DNA from: Cetorhinus maximus
Lineage: Eukaryota
Direction of reading: 5' to 3'
NCBI RefSeq assembly: GCF_964194155.1
Contig: NW_027596135.1
Location: forward strand, 124,001-188,000
DNA: 64,000 bases
The position numbers were made by a program, and so were the translations under genes. A model generated the notes under the pieces. It searched no databases and was not told the origin of the DNA. It was given only the letters and a program-made list of their open reading frames with translations. Numbering within the stretch: the first letter of the stretch is position 1; every line of letters starts with the position of its first letter. Below are positions 61,630 through 64,000 of the stretch, one piece after another.

Positions 61630-62452
61630 ATTCATTCAAGGGATGTGGGCTTGGTTGGCTAGGCCATCAGTTATTGCCCATCCCTAATTGCCCTTGAGAA
61701 GGTGGTGGTGAGCTGCCTTCTTGAACCGCTGCAGTCCATGTGGTGTAGGTACACCCACAGTGCTGTTGGGGAGGGAGTTCCAGGATTTTGACCCAGCGAC
61801 AGTGAGGGAACATCCGATATATTTCCAAGTTAGGACGATGAGTGGTTTGGTGGGGAACTTCCAGGTGGTGGTGTCCCCATGCGTCAGCTGCCTCTGTCCT
61901 TCTAGGTGGTAGTGGTCGCGGATTTGTAAGGTGCTGTCTAAGGAGCCTTGGTGAATTCCTGCAGTGCATCTTGTAGATGGTACACACTGCTGCCACTGTG
62001 CGTTGATGGTCGAGGGAATGAATGTTTGTGGATGGGGTGCCAATCAAGCGGGGCTGATTTGTCCTGGATGGTGTCGAGCTTCTTGAGTGTTGTTGGAGCA
62101 GCACTCATCCAGGCAAGTGGGGAGTGTTCCATTACACTCCTGACTTGTGCCTTGTAGATGGTGGACAGGCTTTGGGGAGTCAGGAGGAAAGTTACACACC
62201 GCAGAATTCCCAGCCTCTGACCTGCTCTTGTAGCCACAGTACTTTATATGGCTGGGTCCAGTTCAGTTTCTGGTCAATGGTAACCCCCAGGATGTTGATA
62301 GTGGGGGAATTCAGTGATGGTAATGCCATTGAATGTCATGGGGAGATGCTTGGATTTTCTCTTGTTGGAGATGGTCATTGCCTGGCACTTGTGTGGCGTG
62401 AATGTTACTTGCCACTTGTCAGCCCTGGATGTTATCCAGGTCTTGCTGCATT
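61630..62452 (-). mobile_element. Family B LINE 3' fragment (longest copy)
   Basis: Encodes ATRAGQRLGILR...LSTIYKAQVRSVMEHSPLAWMSAAPTTLKKLDTIQDK. Confidence 0.9.
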
Positions 62453-62794
62453 TGGACTTTTAGATAGCTGACTCTTCAATCTGGACTGGGCGTATGTGCA
62501 CTATGTTTGGCAAGTTCCAAGAACAAATTTCAAAACGTAAACATGATTTCAGGTTGCAGTCATGGTGCAGGAAACAAAATCAGAAGTGGATGCGTTCTTT
62601 GGTTTTACTTCTCCAAATGGTTTCTAAAAACTTCTTGCAGGTCATCGTCGTCTTATATTCTTTTTATTTTTTTTGAAAAAGAAATACTGTGCGTGCGTTT
62701 TATTTTCTTCAAAACAAAAATGATCAAAGCCTGCTGCTTGTTCAAACGTTTCTCCTTTCTTCACAGAACTAGACTGTAGAAACAAGAAGGAAAG

Positions 62795-62839
62795 ATGAAA
62801 GTCGACAGAACGAAGTTGAAGAAAACGCCAACTGAAGCG
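62795..62839 (+). CDS. HUWE1: HUWE1 (HECT E3 ubiquitin ligase) first coding exon; exon spans 62767-62839
   Basis: The ATG (aagATGa) encodes MKVDRTKLKKTPTEA, identical to the recalled HUWE1 N-terminus. Acceptor tttctcctttcttcacag and donor GCG|gtgagt. PHF8 and HUWE1 are also neighbours in human. Confidence 0.96.
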
Positions 62840-63706
62840 GTGAGTTTGCAGTTTAAGGAAGAGCCCGCCATCTCTGCGCATGCTGGTCGTTTTTGTCTCC
62901 CGAAATGTTTGACCTTTGCTCGGAGGTGGAAGTAACTTTGCTCCAGTGCAGGATGTCCCTAATTCAAAATTGCTTAATTCAGAATATCTGACTGCGTTTA
63001 GCGTCACTGGCTGCAGTGCAGACTGCGGATGTGCTAAAACGAGGGGCAGGGGTCGGGCCATTCGGCCACTTGAGCCTGCACTTCACTTAGATTGTGGCTG
63101 ACTGGTACATCAGTGCCATTTCCCCCTGCTTTGCTCCATGACCTTTGGTGAGGCGCACACTTCAGCATCTCCCTCGCACACCTGTGGTTGCCTGGGTAGC
63201 ACCTCCCAGCCCTGCACCTTCTGCCACCAGGGGTTGTGGATGCTCAGTGGTCGATTGATATATTTTTTGGGCAGTAAGGGAATCGAGGGAAAAGGTGGAA
63301 AGTGCAGCTGATGTTAAATATTAGCCATGATCCTGCTGAATGGCGGCTCAGGCTTAGAGGGGCTGAATGACCACTTCTTGCTTCCATTTCTTATATTTCG
63401 TAGCATCATTACTCCCACGATTTCCCCTCTTGTCACATGGGTATCCTGACCTGGATGTACGCCGCTGTTCTTCGTTGTCACTGGCTCAATATCCTGTTAT
63501 GCGCCGTCGCCAAGTGGACTTGCAGCAGCACAAGAGCCAGGAGCAGCTGTTGGCCATTTGGCCCCTCAAGCCTGCCTCCGCCATTCAATAAGATCATGGC
63601 TGATCTGATTGTGGCCTCAAATCCACTTTCCTGTTTTCCCCCTCCATAACCCTCGACTTCCTTGTCGATCAGAAATCTGTCGAACTCGACCTTGACCTCG
63701 ACATGT

Positions 63707-64000
63707 GTAGGGGGTAGGATTAGTAAGTTTGCGGATGACACAAAGATTGGCCGGGTGGTTAACAGTGAGGTTGATTGTCTTGGGCTACAGGAAGATATAG
63801 ATGGGATGGTCAAATGGGCAGATAAGTGGCAGATGGAATTTAACCCTGGAAAGTGTGAGGCGATACACTTTGGAAGGAGTAATTTGACAAGGAAGTATTC
63901 AATGAACGGCATGACACTAGGAAGTTCTGAGGAACAAAGGGACCTTGGCGTGTGTGTCCATAGATCTCTGAAGGCAGAGGGGCATGTTAGTGGGGTGGTG
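63707..64000 (+). mobile_element. CR1 reverse transcriptase fragment running off the window; preceded by a minus-strand tail at 63535-63700
   Basis: Encodes ISKFADDTKIGRVV...LQEDIDGMVKWADKWQMEFNPGKCE. Confidence 0.92.

Noticed and set aside
21747-62766. let-7f-2/miR-98 cluster known from a HUWE1 intron
   Set aside because: No TGAGGTAGTA let-7 sequence was seen; that cluster lies in a far downstream intron.

Overview
This is vertebrate genomic DNA, not prokaryotic. The repeat content (CR1/L2/RTE LINE fragments, tRNA-SINEs, DeuSINE-like elements, a 33-bp minisatellite) points to a cartilaginous fish, probably a shark. Positions 1-13 kb hold seven phase-compatible coding exons of PHF8 (KDM7B histone demethylase, post-JmjC half) on the + strand. 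This includes a GC-AG intron and a 1-nt frameshift; the last PHF8 exons are not visible. After an N gap lies an antisense, apparently intronless, Glu/Lys-rich gene or pseudogene with a CRE-like upstream motif (13.7-15.4 kb). A CpG island at about 20.1-20.6 kb, built from a triplicated module, starts HUWE1. Putative non-coding exons carry uORFs, and a repeat-rich 5'UTR intron region of about 41 kb precedes the first coding exon MKVDRTKLKKTPTEA at 62795-62839. Other elements include a solo LTR with a 4-bp TSD, a Tigger-type MITE, minisatellites born from SINE and LINE parts, and inverted minisatellite arrays bracketing five PHF8 exons. Gene and repeat identifications come from recalled sequence similarity, not database searches. 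Repeat boundaries are approximate.
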